Assembly (NCBI GenBank): GCA_016906335.1
Contig: JADEYG010000007.1
Location: 682,001-746,000, forward strand
Direction of reading: 5' to 3'
Length of the DNA stretch: 64,000 bases
Origin: Novakomyces olei
Lineage: Eukaryota
Part shown: piece by piece, positions 12,830 to 25,072 of the stretch
Position numbering within the stretch: the stretch's first letter is position 1
Layout of the letters: every line of letters starts with the position of its first letter
Made by a program: the position numbers and the translations under genes
The notes under the pieces: generated by a model
Seen by the model: the letters and a program-made list of their open reading frames with translations, nothing else
What the model was told of the DNA's origin: nothing
Databases searched by the model: none

Positions 12830-13296
12830 TGTAGCTTACCGTAACTCTCGTCCGGTTTAACCCAAATCCATATAATATTCATCGCATCTACAGTGCTTGG
12901 CCCTAAAAGGGAATGGGAAAACCCGGATTAAACCCGCAACGAGGATCAGCTCAAATGTCATACTGTCGAGCTGCAGTTAGACGGGGTGCAGCGATAAGGA
13001 GAACGTGCGACTCTGCCGCATCGTGGTGAGCTCAATCTAACCTGCCGACCAGAGACAGTCTCCAGTGGCGCAGATTCTACAGCTGTTTAGGCTACTTAAG
13101 TAACCTTAGGCCAGACTAGTTTAGACGAGTGACGCACTCCCGAGACTTGTCCTGTGCGACTCCAGTCGGGGCGCATCTCGTGTATACACTCTCGCTCAAG
13201 TGCCGCGTGTCACGAGGGCAGACGTAAAAACGGGGCACTGGATTTTGTGGGATACGGCACGGCGGAGCCGAGTGCGGAGCCGCGTTGGCCGGCGCA

Positions 13297-14814
13297 ATGG
13301 TCTATGTAACGCGGCGCAACTCGATCACGCGGGAGGACACTCTTGTCTCCTTCCCGTCGTCATCCAGCTGGTCCAGAAAACGCAAGAGCAAGCTACGTCA
13401 TGTTGGCGATGACAATGATACCCTCGCTCTACGTCTGCTGCCACACGACCGTGAATGCGACAACTTCCAGCGACGGCATCTTGCCTACTTCAAGGCCTGT
13501 GACGGAGACTCGAGACCTGATTGGTCGGGCAAGGCAAAGCTAGAGGATCCTGTGGGATGGACCGGTAACAGGGATCGGCCCGGCCGGAACGGGGATGGTG
13601 GGATTACGAACGAGACGGATAAGGACGCTAGGTATAACGAACAAGGCAACTCTCGCGATAGCGAATACTCGGCAGAACGGGACAGGATTGACGAGATTGG
13701 CACTGCGCCCACTTACTCGCCGCTAACGGTGGCGAACCTGCGCGCACGCAACACGACTCTCGCGCCAGTACGAACGTTCCGGAAGGATATACTAAAGGCC
13801 TACTGCCGCCTCGCGTCAGCGGTAGCCGCAGAGAACACGGTACGCAATTATGCGTACTGGTACACACTGCACGAACTAGCGGCGGCCGGCCATTCGCTGT
13901 CGAGCGGAGCTAGTTCTACTTTTGCTGCCACTGAGGGCTCAAGACGTTCTCATCACCAGCATAGCTCGTCTCAAGCAGGAGCTGCCTTTGATAGCAAATC
14001 TTCTACGGATCCCGGCTATGAGACTGCCTCGGCTAAACCTTCCGCTGCTCTTTCGTCCACTGCCTCCTCTACTTCTTTTATTGCCATCCCGTACAGTTCT
14101 ACCGTTCCACTGACAGATATTGCCGCCGCCCATATACTGCAGCCGGACTACTGTCCGCCTACTCTGTCCGGCGTTACTGCCGTCGCTGCGAACCGGATGG
14201 AACGACTCGTGCCGGAAGAGTTCCAAAGGATTCCAGATTCTCGGTACGCGCTCGACTTGCTGCCGCCGGATATAGCTTCCGACGGAAAAGCCGTTAAAGT
14301 ACCACGTGACCAGAAAGAACAGCTGGTCGTTGATTTCCCGCCGGAACCGAACCAGCGCACAAAGAAATTTGAAGGGCTTTACCATTGCGGTCGACTGGAC
14401 TGCGACGATGATGAAGTGGCTGCTACTATAATGTATGTACACGAACGCCCGGGTATCCCAGTCTTAGCCTCTCCCGCTTCAAAGGGAGGAGCGACTGCAG
14501 GCCACTCTCAGTCCAAGTCACACACTTTTCGGAGAAAGCACCATTTAAATATTCATCTACCACGGAAATCTGAAAGCTCTAGCGACTGGCTGCACAGTAC
14601 ACAGGAGTCTTTATGTAAACAAATCAGTCTTTTGACACTCGACGCTCATGCCGATGGGGAATCCTCAACAAGTGCTTCTCCAAATCGACAGAGACGGGCT
14701 TTGCAGCCATGGGATTTTATGGAGAAAAGATCGTGGGGCGGCCGGACGTTTCGCGAGTGGGACGAGCATGTGTATAATTGCGAAGAAGGGTTTATCAGAC
14801 TCCTTCACTCTTAA
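13297..14814 (+). CDS. Hypothetical 505-aa protein, Ser-rich and largely disordered
   Basis: Long intronless ORF, first ATG at 13297, followed by an AT-rich 3' region. No family recognised. Confidence 0.75.
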   Translation: MVYVTRRNSITREDTLVSFPSSSSWSRKRKSKLRHVGDDNDTLALRLLPHDRECDNFQRRHLAYFKACDGDSRPDWSGKAKLEDPVGWTGNRDRPGRNGDGGITNETDKDARYNEQGNSRDSEYSAERDRIDEIGTAPTYSPLTVANLRARNTTLAPVRTFRKDILKAYCRLASAVAAENTVRNYAYWYTLHELAAAGHSLSSGASSTFAATEGSRRSHHQHSSSQAGAAFDSKSSTDPGYETASAKPSAALSSTASSTSFIAIPYSSTVPLTDIAAAHILQPDYCPPTLSGVTAVAANRMERLVPEEFQRIPDSRYALDLLPPDIASDGKAVKVPRDQKEQLVVDFPPEPNQRTKKFEGLYHCGRLDCDDDEVAATIMYVHERPGIPVLASPASKGGATAGHSQSKSHTFRRKHHLNIHLPRKSESSSDWLHSTQESLCKQISLLTLDAHADGESSTSASPNRQRRALQPWDFMEKRSWGGRTFREWDEHVYNCEEGFIRLLHS

Positions 14815-15558
14815 AAAGCTCTTTTGGAATCAGGCTTTGAATTACTGTTTATTTTTTTCTGTGCTTGAGCAGGGCAAAAAGGGTCATCCTTCATTGTTCC
14901 TACCGAGTTTTAGATTCAGCGTTGCTTGTTCATTCGATTAGAGCGACCGGGTTATTTGGCTTGTGTATATTTGTTTGAATGATGTGAATACGATAAAGTG
15001 AATTGCATAACTATTGACGATTAAAATATAAATATACAGATGTATATTTATAATTAGGCAATTGTAATTAGTTGATCTATATACTCTCCTCAATTTTGCT
15101 TGAGAGCGTATAAAAACCTTGCATGTGGCCCCACACTCCCGAGCGAAAACGGTTTGTTGGTATATGAAAACGGTATAAATTTCAATATTCGCTAAGAAAC
15201 CCTAGGGTTATCGTCCAAGCGACTAACTGAAAATACTAAACGAATCATATTAAATACATAATTACGAATGCATGTCCAATGTTTCATCTGTGTGCATTAA
15301 AAAATCAAAACAAAACGAAACCCTTTAATCCCCATGCTGCCGTGCGCGGGACAGCACAATGTGTGTGTGCAACGCGTCTCATCTACTCCAAACATAAAGC
15401 ACTAGCGTCCCACAGACGCCAGAATAAAGTGAGAATGAGATCGAAAAAAGAACCCAAAAGTAATTGGATATGTTTTTAAAAAACTTCAAATAAATTTAAA
15501 GGAATAAATAAAAATAAACAAAATAAATCTATTTGCTTGTTTCAAGCTTCATTCCCGC

Positions 15559-16687
15559 CTACTCGTTGCGATGATAAACGAGGTAATTAGGCAGTCCGTA
15601 AGCCTGGTAATTTAGTCGACGAGCCATTTTAGCAAACCCTTCAGTTTCGATCAAATGATAGAATGCAAAAGGCGGAAACATGGCTCCGTCCCTGTGCACA
15701 TCAGCTTTTACAAGCATAGCTGTGCCTCCAACGCCATCGAGTTCTACGATCTGCCGCCGGTCTCCACGAGCGTTATACTCCTTGCCAAAAAGAAGGCGCC
15801 ACGTTGGCATTTCAGCGTATCCCTCTAGGATAATATCATCTTCATTCATTCGTGCTGCTAGATCAAGAGCAGCCTGGCTTTCGTGCCAATTGTTCCAGTC
15901 GTACGGTCTGACGGCGGCTTTGCCCTGATCGTCAACGTACCGCTGAAAGCAGTTTGGGACTATGACGGGTTTGTCAAAGGAAGCTAGGTCCTGGATCAAG
16001 CGTGCGGGTGTTTCCACCACATCACTGTCCAGCCAGAGAACCCAAGATGTGTAAGGTTTGAGCAGTGTCCACATGAGCGAATTTCGAGCAATTGCCATTG
16101 CACTACGACGCTGCTTTTGCATATCAAGAGCATGACGTTCTGGTGATTAAAAAAGAACAATAATAAATAATTTTCCTACCTTTCTCGTCCGTTCCGACAG
16201 GCGAATCAAAATCCTGGACGACGATATTAACATCAGAGAATCGCTGCTTCGTTGGCCCCGTCTGTACCGCGTTCACAGCGTGTTCCAGCGCGCTGATAGT
16301 GGCACGGCCAGCCGCGCCTCGGGGAACAATAAATCCCAGCTCGATAAGCTCGTGCGGGTAGTCGAGCCGTAGCAGATTGTTCCAATAAGCCGGGACGAAA
16401 TCGGCCATTGGTGTCAGCAAAAGAACGCGTTCCTGGTTTTCTTCTGGACTTGCAGTCGCGTTGATACGTCTCATATCATACCGCATCGCTACAGTCTGTC
16501 CCCCAAGTTTCCGTGAGTTCATTGGCTTTGCTGCGTGCTGGAGACTTGGAGCGATTGCGAGACGCGGTACGGGTGAGGTCGCCACGAAAAAGTAGACAAA
16601 CGTCAGTATCATACACACAGAAAGGATGAGCGTTAGAAAGCGTCCGCGCTGCCGCTGTGCTGGCGCCGGCCGAGCGAGAACGCCCAT
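15559..16687 (-). CDS. MNN9: Golgi mannan polymerase subunit Mnn9 (Anp1/GT62 family), 2 exons
   Basis: Type II TM anchor; RVLLLTP...ELGFIVP; ERHALDMQKQRRSAMAIARN...SWVLWLDSD...RPYDWNNW...ETEGFAKMA...GLPNYLVYH. Confidence 0.92.
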
Positions 16688-16847
16688 TGTAAGTTTGCCT
16701 GCGTGTTTGATCTCGTAGCTTTTCAATCTGCGTGGTACGGTGTCGAGTAAAACAAATATACCAATTATTTGTCATTTACAGGGTCGTACCTTTGTATAAA
16801 GTTACTTGTATACGCTGTACATTTGTCTATGGTCGTTGTTGGTAGTA

Positions 16848-17011
16848 GTTGTGTTTGAGCAAAGTTATGTTTAAGCAAGTTATGTTTGAGCAGAGTTGTG
16901 TTGATTGAGTTATGTTAGAGCAGCTATGTTTGAGCAAGTTATGTTTGAGCAAAGTTATGTTTGAGCAGAGTTATGTTAGAGCGAAAAGTTAGAGCCAACC
17001 AACATAACTCT
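16848..17011. repeat. Degenerate 14-16 bp minisatellite GTTATGTTTGAGCA(A/G)A, about 9 copies, plus one inverted partial copy
   Basis: Direct inspection. Inverted AACATAACTCT at 17001-17011. Lies between the divergent MNN9 and MET14 genes. Confidence 0.9.
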
Positions 17012-17203
17012 CGCCAAACAGAATAAACAAGTGTCAAACATTATGTGCTCACTTTTATATACATCAATTACACAAAAGTCTGCCAATTTCATACCAGTAA
17101 GCTCGCACTAATTTTATGTTTATAGTATGTATCGCACTGACAAAAGTGTTGTTAACCGAGAAATATATTCTTTTCACTTTTAAACTTGCCGTAAGCCCCA
17201 TCA

Positions 17204-17827
17204 ATGGCGACCAATATCACTTTCCACCCTGGCGCAGTCAGCCGCGAAGAGCGCGCTGGTTTTGTAAAGCAAAAAGGCGTCACTATATGGACTACCGGCC
17301 TTTCTGCCTCTGGAAAATCGACCATTGCTACGGCATTGGAGCAGCATCTTTTACACCTTGGCATCAGTGCGTATCGGCTGGACGGCGATAATATTCGGTT
17401 TGGGCTGAACCGAGACTTGGGCTTTTCTGAGGCTGATCGCAATGAAAACATCCGCCGCATTGGGGAAGTATCTCGTCTGTTTGCTGACGCCTGTGTTGTT
17501 TCTATAACCAGCTTTATCTCGCCCTATCGCGCAGACCGAGCTCTTGCACGCAGCTTGCACGAGAAAGACGGAATTCCGTTTATTGAGGTTTATGTTGAGG
17601 CTCCATTAGACGTTGTTGAGTCCCGCGATCCTAAAGGGTTGTACAAGAAGGCTCGTGCTGGAGAGATAAAGGAGTTTACTGGCGTTAGTGCTCCGTACGA
17701 GGCACCAGAGTCCCCTGAGATTCATGTGCGTTCGGACCAGCTTTCTGTCGAGGAGTGTGTCAAGCAGATTACCGATTACCTCGAAAAGAGGGGAATTGTT
17801 GCTCCCAAAACCGTACAGACTGCTTAA
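17204..17827 (+). CDS. MET14: Adenylyl-sulfate kinase
   Basis: MATNITFH...GLSASGKST (P-loop)...[12 protein letters not shown]...[20 protein letters not shown]. Confidence 0.98.
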   Translation: MATNITFHPGAVSREERAGFVKQKGVTIWTTGLSASGKSTIATALEQHLLHLGISAYRLDGDNIRFGLNRDLGFSEADRNENIRRIGEVSRLFADACVVSITSFISPYRADRALARSLHEKDGIPFIEVYVEAPLDVVESRDPKGLYKKARAGEIKEFTGVSAPYEAPESPEIHVRSDQLSVEECVKQITDYLEKRGIVAPKTVQTA

Positions 17828-18480
17828 GGCAAAGGCAGCATATTGCGCTGCGTCAAAATGTTAGATTAAAGCTGCTGCAATACATTTATGCTTGAATAGC
17901 GTTTTTGACTGTTTGTAGATTGCACGTAAAAAACGGATTACACCACCTGCTATATCGAAATTATGAGGCTAGAGGCGACAGCCCGTTTAGAGTGAGATTA
18001 CATTCATAGCATGAGCAATTTTGGAGAGTTGTAATTAGTGCAGTATAAATTTTCTGTTTGGCATGGAGAAACAATCGCAATATTGAGCCATGCTCTTGGC
18101 TTCTGTAGCATCCGTATACTGCTATTATACCTAACGGCTGGAGAATAAATTCGATATCGTGATCTATCATAGCTGTGGGTCAAACTCTGAAGAATTATTC
18201 GATTTGCTCAGCATCCGCTTTATAGCCCAATTGAAATGTTGAAAAGAGAATTATTCAAATTCAATATCGTGAGAAGAACAGTAAGATCGCTGATCCCGAC
18301 AGCGCTGCAACCACCGTTTCAGTGCACCTACCTATACTCTGTAATATATTAAATGACCTTTCTCCACACTATTTTTATGTGGCCCTTATCCGTACATACA
18401 TTGATTGGTCCTCGCATACATGAAGAGAAATTAATTAAAATGAGAAAAATTTACAAATCTACTATAGCATAAGAAACACT

Positions 18481-19271
18481 ATGGCCAAAGAGAAGAAGCA
18501 TAAGGATAAGAAGGAGAAGCGAAAGTCCGCTTCCAAGGAGGACTTACCGGAGCCGGCAGATACGTCTATGGACGTGGAAGAGATCAGCCAGCAGCAAGCG
18601 TCCCCGGCTGTTACCCCGTCCAAAAAGGAGAGCAAGAAAAAATCATCGAGTTCTTCTGGCGGCGATGAAGATGATGAGAAATACGAATCGCGATTGGCTG
18701 CTGTGTCTGTGATTGCGCGGCCATTAGCACCCAAAAAAATCAATAAACGGGCTCTTAAAACCGTAAGAAAAGGTACGTACACAATTGAATCACTTTTTGT
18801 GTTTTGCTGTCTTTATAAAAATATCTCGATTCTAATATATCAGCGGCAAAGGCAAAGCACGTACGCCGCGGCGTAAAGGAGGTTGTCAAAGCTCTGCGAA
18901 AGGGCGAGAAAGGGTATATTATATATAAATCTATTCATTTTGCCTAAATTAACGGTTTAGTCTTGTTGTCCTTGCTGGCGATATCTCGCCCATCGATGTA
19001 ATATCACATATCCCAGTACTGTGCGAGGATAACGATGTCCCGTATTTTTTTACTCCGTCCAAAGGTATGGAAAAGACTCGCGAAATTTTTTTGTTGCCTG
19101 ATGTTAATTTGTATAGAGGATCTCGGCCTTGCTGGATCGACAAAGCGCCCTACCAGTTGCATAATGATTGTTCCAGGCGGTAAAAAGAAGGATCTTTCTC
19201 TCGCTGATAGTGAGTACATGGACGGATACAAGGAGCTGGTAAAAGATACGGAAAACGCCAATGCGTGGTAG
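18481..19271 (+). CDS. NHP2: H/ACA snoRNP protein Nhp2 (L7Ae family), 4 exons
   Basis: IARPLAPKK...RRGVKEVVKALRKGEKGLVVLAGDISPIDVISHIPVLCED...TKRPTSCIMI, with a Lys/acidic N-terminal extension. Confidence 0.93.
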
Positions 19272-19995
19272 TACTAGTTTAGGATTGAAGACCTAGATAT
19301 CACGTTTTACTGAATGAAAATTGGTGCAGGACTACATCTTATTAATGTTAACAATTTAATCGCACTTTAAATTGCCCTTCTCTATCAAAGTCTGAAAAGC
19401 ACAGATAATGCCGGCTTGACAAGAAACTATTCAAAGCAGTCGTGGGCTGCATTTCTAAATTTTTTAACACAACATAGAACGCAATTTTAAATCTATAAGC
19501 AAAACAGATACCCAGTTTGCGAGCAATAGATCTGTCGATCATCGTACTGTAGTCTCGATTAGAAAGGCCCGTTACAAATTATCGCAGGACCACCAATACA
19601 CCTTTGATTTTCAATATTTTATTCCAAAGTACCCAACATCGAGCTTAACCATTTCTGAGTAGGTGCCCATGACTTCGCCTACAGTCTTCGCTCAAGATCG
19701 CGTGATACTATTAAAATTAAATGCTATTAGTCTTGTACAAGGCAACAATAATAACGGGTACCCGTACTTTTATCGGACCAAAATAAATATTATCGGCAAA
19801 ATTATATTATACACCCATTAGATAAACCGCATAGAATACCAGCGCGCAAAATAAACATTAAAAATTAAAATAATATACCATATGTCAAACGCAAGTTACA
19901 TTATGCGATAGATAACTCCCCGGTCGGTGTAATAACAGACGGTACCATTGCCATTGGCGAAAGGCCAACGTAAACGTTTAACTGCAAAAGACACT

Positions 19996-21054
19996 ATGGA
20001 CGTTGTACGTCGAAGTGGAAGCTCCAAGCGAGGTATTCGACCCAACTTTCATCTCTTATCGCTAACCCTGTCAGCTTGGGTAACACTGTTAACGGTGGAA
20101 TCATACCTTATCGGAGTCCTGGTCTTGCACCATAGTCTGCAGCTTATTGGGAGCAAGTACCCTCTTGTCGTCATGCATTTTCCGGTAAGTTGAAGATTGG
20201 GAAAGAAAAGGGTTTGATGTAAACTAAAGAGAAAGAATAATTAAATTACCATTTTTTTCAAGTACGAATAACTAATGCTATTCAAGGACCTGCCGCAGCG
20301 TGTAATTCAGCACTTGAAGGCGCGACGTATCCAGACTGTGCAGGTCCCGGTTTTAAGGGCAAATCGAGATTACGGAGGTGCTGATGCTCGTTTTAATGAC
20401 GCAATGGGAAAACTGCAAGTCTTTGACCTGATCCAGTTCCAGCAACTGGCTTTCTTAGACGCCGATATGATTCTGTTGCAAAATATGGACGAAGTCTTGG
20501 ACACACTGATCCCAGAACACACATTGGCCGCCAGTCATGCTTGCGTTTGCAACCCGAGAAAAAACCCTAACTATCCTGCAAACTGGATACCGGAGAATTG
20601 TGCACATTGTGAACACGATAGGCTTGGACCCGTGCAGGCAGCCAAGGAGGCCGCTCCGCCGTCGTATGGTCTCTCAATTTTGAATAGTGGATTCTTCGTT
20701 TTGAGGCCTGATCGACACGATTTCGAGGTCTTGGCAGACGCTGTTGACCCATCTGCTGATTATATGTATCTGGGCGATCAATCAGTGATATCGCACTTTT
20801 ACGCAGGCCGTTGGAAGGCCCTGCCTTATACTTACAATGCTCTCAAGACTCTGCGGGATGTCCATCAAGGTTCTTGGAGTGATGACAAGGTCAGATGTGT
20901 ACATTTCATTCTCGATAAACCTTGGGACGACAAGGCCGTAAATGGCCAGTATCGGCATTCCACGCATGCTTGGTGGTGGAAACTTTATGAAGCAATGAAG
21001 GAGTCCGATGCTGAAAACGGGATTGTCACACCACGCCCCAGTCTTTTGGCTTAA
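19996..21054 (+). CDS. Glycosyltransferase family 8 protein, 3 exons
   Basis: AWVTLLT...SKYPLVV; FLDAD (DxD motif); AASHACVCNP; LNSG; DQ; YNALKTLR; HFILDKPW. Confidence 0.9.
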
Positions 21055-21817
21055 TCGAGTCTCCATGGCCATTGAATGTGTCTTTGGATGTATATTTTGG
21101 AGCTTGCTTTTATTGTTGGACTATTGATGGCGACTATTTCAGGTTCCCGAATCGACTTTCAAGCTCCGTCGAGGTTTGATTGTGTATAATATAAAATATA
21201 TGTATTGGAATACGAGTATTGAAGTTTAGAGATAATGATGATAACGCTAATTTTCTATATTGCACGTTTAACTCTTACACACACCGCAAAGTAGGTGATA
21301 GTAAAGCGGGTGGTCTTTAGGCACCGTATTACATTGGCCTTTCTACTCTAATCCAATGGAAACGCCTATCGTATATCTAGATCTGATACAATTATATATA
21401 AATTGGAAGTGAAAATGGAACGTAGTCGACACACGTCGTATAGATTCCTATCGTCGACGATTGAATTCGCTTTTTGTGTATGACTGTATAGTGAAAGCCT
21501 ACGAATTAAATATAATTGAAATTGGCCAATTTTTAAAGGCAGGGCATTACTCTGTATCGATACGGCTCTCGATCAATTGACCTTGCTAAAGCATAAATAT
21601 TGTACAAAGAAACCCGTGTTCCAGGTGACCACGGACCCTGACTAGTTACAATGACGCAAGGGCCAGGAGATGTTGGTGGTTGGGCCAAAATATTACGTAG
21701 CTCTGCACACACCTAACGGGGTAATAGTACATAAATACGAGACCTAAAGTAATGCTTGCAGCTCCTTCAAAGCAGCATATGACTTAAATTTAATACGCAA
21801 CATAAACAGGCACTTGT

Positions 21818-21875
21818 ACGCGTGATTTGTGTACACTTTATTATGAGCCACTGTTTATTATGTACGCGCGCGCGT
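21818..21875 (+). promoter_or_regulatory. MCB elements upstream of YOX1
   Basis: ACGCGT at 21818-21823 and ACGCGCGCGCGT at 21864-21875. Confidence 0.6.
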
Positions 21876-22637
21876 TTAATTAAGGAATATTAGGAAACAA
21901 AATAAACAATTCCGCCAGGAAAATGCCTCAACCTCCTCTTACCATACATTAACCGGAACACAAACTCGATACTACGGGAGGAATACGTGATTAGTATCCT
22001 TTGCTTTTGCTCTCTGTTGTCAACAGACTTGTTTGCTCGGACTTTAGTATTTTGTCGGTCCTGGTCTCTTTGCTTTCAAACGTCTTTGAACTGCACTCGA
22101 GGTCGAATTTTCAAACATTGGCCTTGCCTGATACTGGTCATCGATCCTGACTTGCGCAGTTGGTTCTTGTCGTTCGAGGCTATTATATCTGTTCGCCTCG
22201 AGACGTGCGGTTCGAATTGTCTCTGATCTCGCGACAAAGAGCCTCGTTCTAACCTGAATACTGTGAGACTATCGGGAAGTTTCAATTAAAAAACAAGGTA
22301 TGTAACAGGAGACAGAGTAGCGATTCCGGAGTCTTGCACAACGAGACAATCATATTCTGCTCCGACATTGTCTAATGCTCACAGGCTTTTTGATTTATCG
22401 GCCACGGTTCACTACACTCTTTTCATTACCGTCCAATCATACACATATTAGTGCAATCATATAACCCTTGGAAACGCTTACATTACCCAACTACCGAGAT
22501 ACGCAATTACACGCTCTCTCCATTGCGACTAGTTTGCGGATTGACTAGCTTTTGTCAACAGTAACAGCTTATTTTGTTCCGGTCGTTGTGCTGCTTTTAT
22601 TATTTATTTGCAATTTTGTTTTCTCGGTTATTTTAAA

Positions 22638-23750
22638 ATGTCGGACCAGGAAACGGCAGCAATTGCTGCCGGCCGCAATACAGTCTACCCCTCACCACCT
22701 CCCTCGTCATCACAATTCGAATCTTTGAAAATGGATCAGGTTTCGCCCGACAATATTATTAAACACCAAACGCTGGAGGATACGTCTACTGTTACTCCTG
22801 CAACTCCTGCCGACCAGACTGCCGCCACTCGGCGCCGAAGGCGTCGTACTACGATTCAGCAACTAAATATCCTGGAAGAAGAGTTTCGTAGTGTAGAAAA
22901 ACCGGACGCTTTGCAGCGTGATCGTATAAGCCTGCGACTAGATCGAAGCATGTCTTCTCGCGAGATTCAAATATGGTTTCAAAACCGTCGGCAGGCAGCA
23001 CGTCGATCTCGGCAGCAGAATCAGGAGGATGAGGGAGACGAAGTCGCTGTTGAAGGAATTCAGAAGCCTTCATTTGCAAAGGAGAGGAAACGTCCTTCGA
23101 GCCGGTTTATCGGTATGGCTTGTGACATGGAAGAAGCCATCGAAGCAAGGTCGCAACAACAGCAGCCGGTCTTTATGAAGATGGATCATTCAGCTAAAGT
23201 GCTAAGTACCAGTAAAGCTCCACCGCTTAAGCTGCTTACAAATGACGGAGGAAAGGCAGAATTAATGTTTGATATGGAGCAGCAGAGAGCTCGAAGGCAA
23301 AAAGTAATGAACAGTCAGCCTCTGTCACCTTTTCCTAAAAATTCTCAGTCATTGGCCAACAATAATTCGTTGTCCAATGCATCGTCGCCGTTTTTGCCAT
23401 CTACCCAGGATAATAATGTTAAAATCAAACCTGTTTGGCTGTCTTCGAGTAAACGGCCGCCTTTTGCAAAGCAAAAGGCTTCGGATTCTTACCGTGATCG
23501 GGATAGAGGCAAGGAGAATATTGCTCCAGGAAACGTTTTATTAAGGAGCCGTTCTGCAGGCGATTATTGTCACTCACAAAACAGAAGCCTAAATTTGCCG
23601 TCACGGAAGCTGGCTCAGCCGATTGAAAATCAACAGCTGAAGCAGTCAGCAAAGACTGATCTATCACCTGTCTTCAGAGACACCGACATGGAAAAAGAAT
23701 GTGCTCTTAGTCTGATGGGGCTATCGCGCAGTGCCAGCTCGTTTGCTTGA
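22638..23750 (+). CDS. YOX1: Homeodomain G1/S transcriptional repressor Yox1-like
   Basis: RRRRRTTIQQLNILEEEF...MSSREIQIWFQNRRQ homeodomain; C-terminal ECALSLMGLS motif; MCB-containing promoter. Confidence 0.75.
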   Translation: MSDQETAAIAAGRNTVYPSPPPSSSQFESLKMDQVSPDNIIKHQTLEDTSTVTPATPADQTAATRRRRRRTTIQQLNILEEEFRSVEKPDALQRDRISLRLDRSMSSREIQIWFQNRRQAARRSRQQNQEDEGDEVAVEGIQKPSFAKERKRPSSRFIGMACDMEEAIEARSQQQQPVFMKMDHSAKVLSTSKAPPLKLLTNDGGKAELMFDMEQQRARRQKVMNSQPLSPFPKNSQSLANNNSLSNASSPFLPSTQDNNVKIKPVWLSSSKRPPFAKQKASDSYRDRDRGKENIAPGNVLLRSRSAGDYCHSQNRSLNLPSRKLAQPIENQQLKQSAKTDLSPVFRDTDMEKECALSLMGLSRSASSFA

Positions 23751-24264
23751 ATGTCTGGCACTCTGCCAGATCCAAGCCGGCTTTTTTATTCTGTACATTC
23801 AAAACTGCTGGTTTTTACTTCCTAACCTTATTCTACGGAAGCTGAAGATGAAACAGAGAGGTGACTGTGAGGAAACTCAAATTTGAACGGACCGTGTGAG
23901 ATTACATTTATGCATATCTTTTGTGTCATTTTACCGGCCAGAAAGACTTTGGGTTCTAGAGTCTAATATTTATAGCTTTTGAATACAATTTTCATTGACT
24001 ATAACTGGATCCAATATTCATTTCGGCGCTAGTTTTATCCAGAGCGAGCGTTCCTTTAGTAATTTTCGCCCTTTATTTATTTATTTATTTATTCATTCAT
24101 TCATTCACTTACCATTGATTTATTGTGTATTTCTTTTCTCGGTTGCTTAACCGTCTACCCTTGTGCTTAAATGATGATGCTTGTTCTTTGTGCAATGCGA
24201 TTCACTATTTACTCTAATAAGTTGCGGAAATATAGTCTCCACTCCACTATGATCATTAGCTAGC

Positions 24265-25072
24265 CTAATTTTTTGCAGCCAGCTCAACCGACCAGTCGAG
24301 GTGAAGCCTGCCCTTAGCTGGCTCATATGCTTTGATCTTTTCTATAACATCATCCACCGTATTCGCTACTTGAATAATGCCACGGTTGCTGGCTGCGAGG
24401 AATCCGTTAGCAATAGCCTTGTCGATAAACTCAACCACAGGGTCATAGAACCCAGCGACATTAAACATTATAATAGGTCGGTCGTGGATACCAAGCTGGT
24501 TCCACGTGGATATTTCCATAAGCTCTTCCAATGTGCCCAGGCCGCCCGGGAGAGCAACAAAGGCACCTGCCATTTTCGCCATCATTTGCTTACGCGTATG
24601 CATATCGTCTACGAGTAAAGTCTCTCCGTAATCTTTGGGGACATTGTTCTCCCTCTCACGGCCGATAAGCGCTCTTGGAATAATTCTAAACAATACACGT
24701 CAGTACAAAGAGGATCACAAAAGACAGGCAGACGGGGATAAAGACACGCAAGGCGAATATGGCAAGTGGAAGGCAAAATCCACGAGTACGATACCACAAA
24801 ACTTACCCGGTAACTCGCCCGCCGTGAGAACAAACGGTATGAGCAATAATCCCCATCAATCTAAAGGCAAAGTGTTAGCACCGGAGAATCCTGAGAAGTA
24901 AGGGGGCCGAAAAGCCAGGGCCTTACCCTGTAGTGCCGCCTCCATATATAAGCTGCCAGTCAAGTCGAGCTAGTGCCTCGCCCAACTGCCGCGAGGCGTC
25001 TTGAAATACTGGGCTGCTTCCAAGACTGCTTCCACAGAAAACTGCTACTGCACTGATCTCTTTTTGTGTCAT
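24265..25072 (-). CDS. LOG1: LOG-family nucleotide phosphoribohydrolase, 3 exons
   Basis: VAVFCGSSLG...LIYGGGTTGLMG...GIIPRAL...MHTRKQMM...ALPGGLGTLEELME..TWNQLGIH. Confidence 0.93.

Noticed and set aside
16848-17011. CRISPR-like array interpretation of this repeat and of the 41072 repeat
   Set aside because: No unique spacers, no cas genes, eukaryotic context; these are simple minisatellites.
17097-17146. Possible nested (stwintron-type) intron
   Set aside because: Excising the inner 29-nt unit does not recreate a GT donor because the preceding base is A, and the sub-introns are too short.
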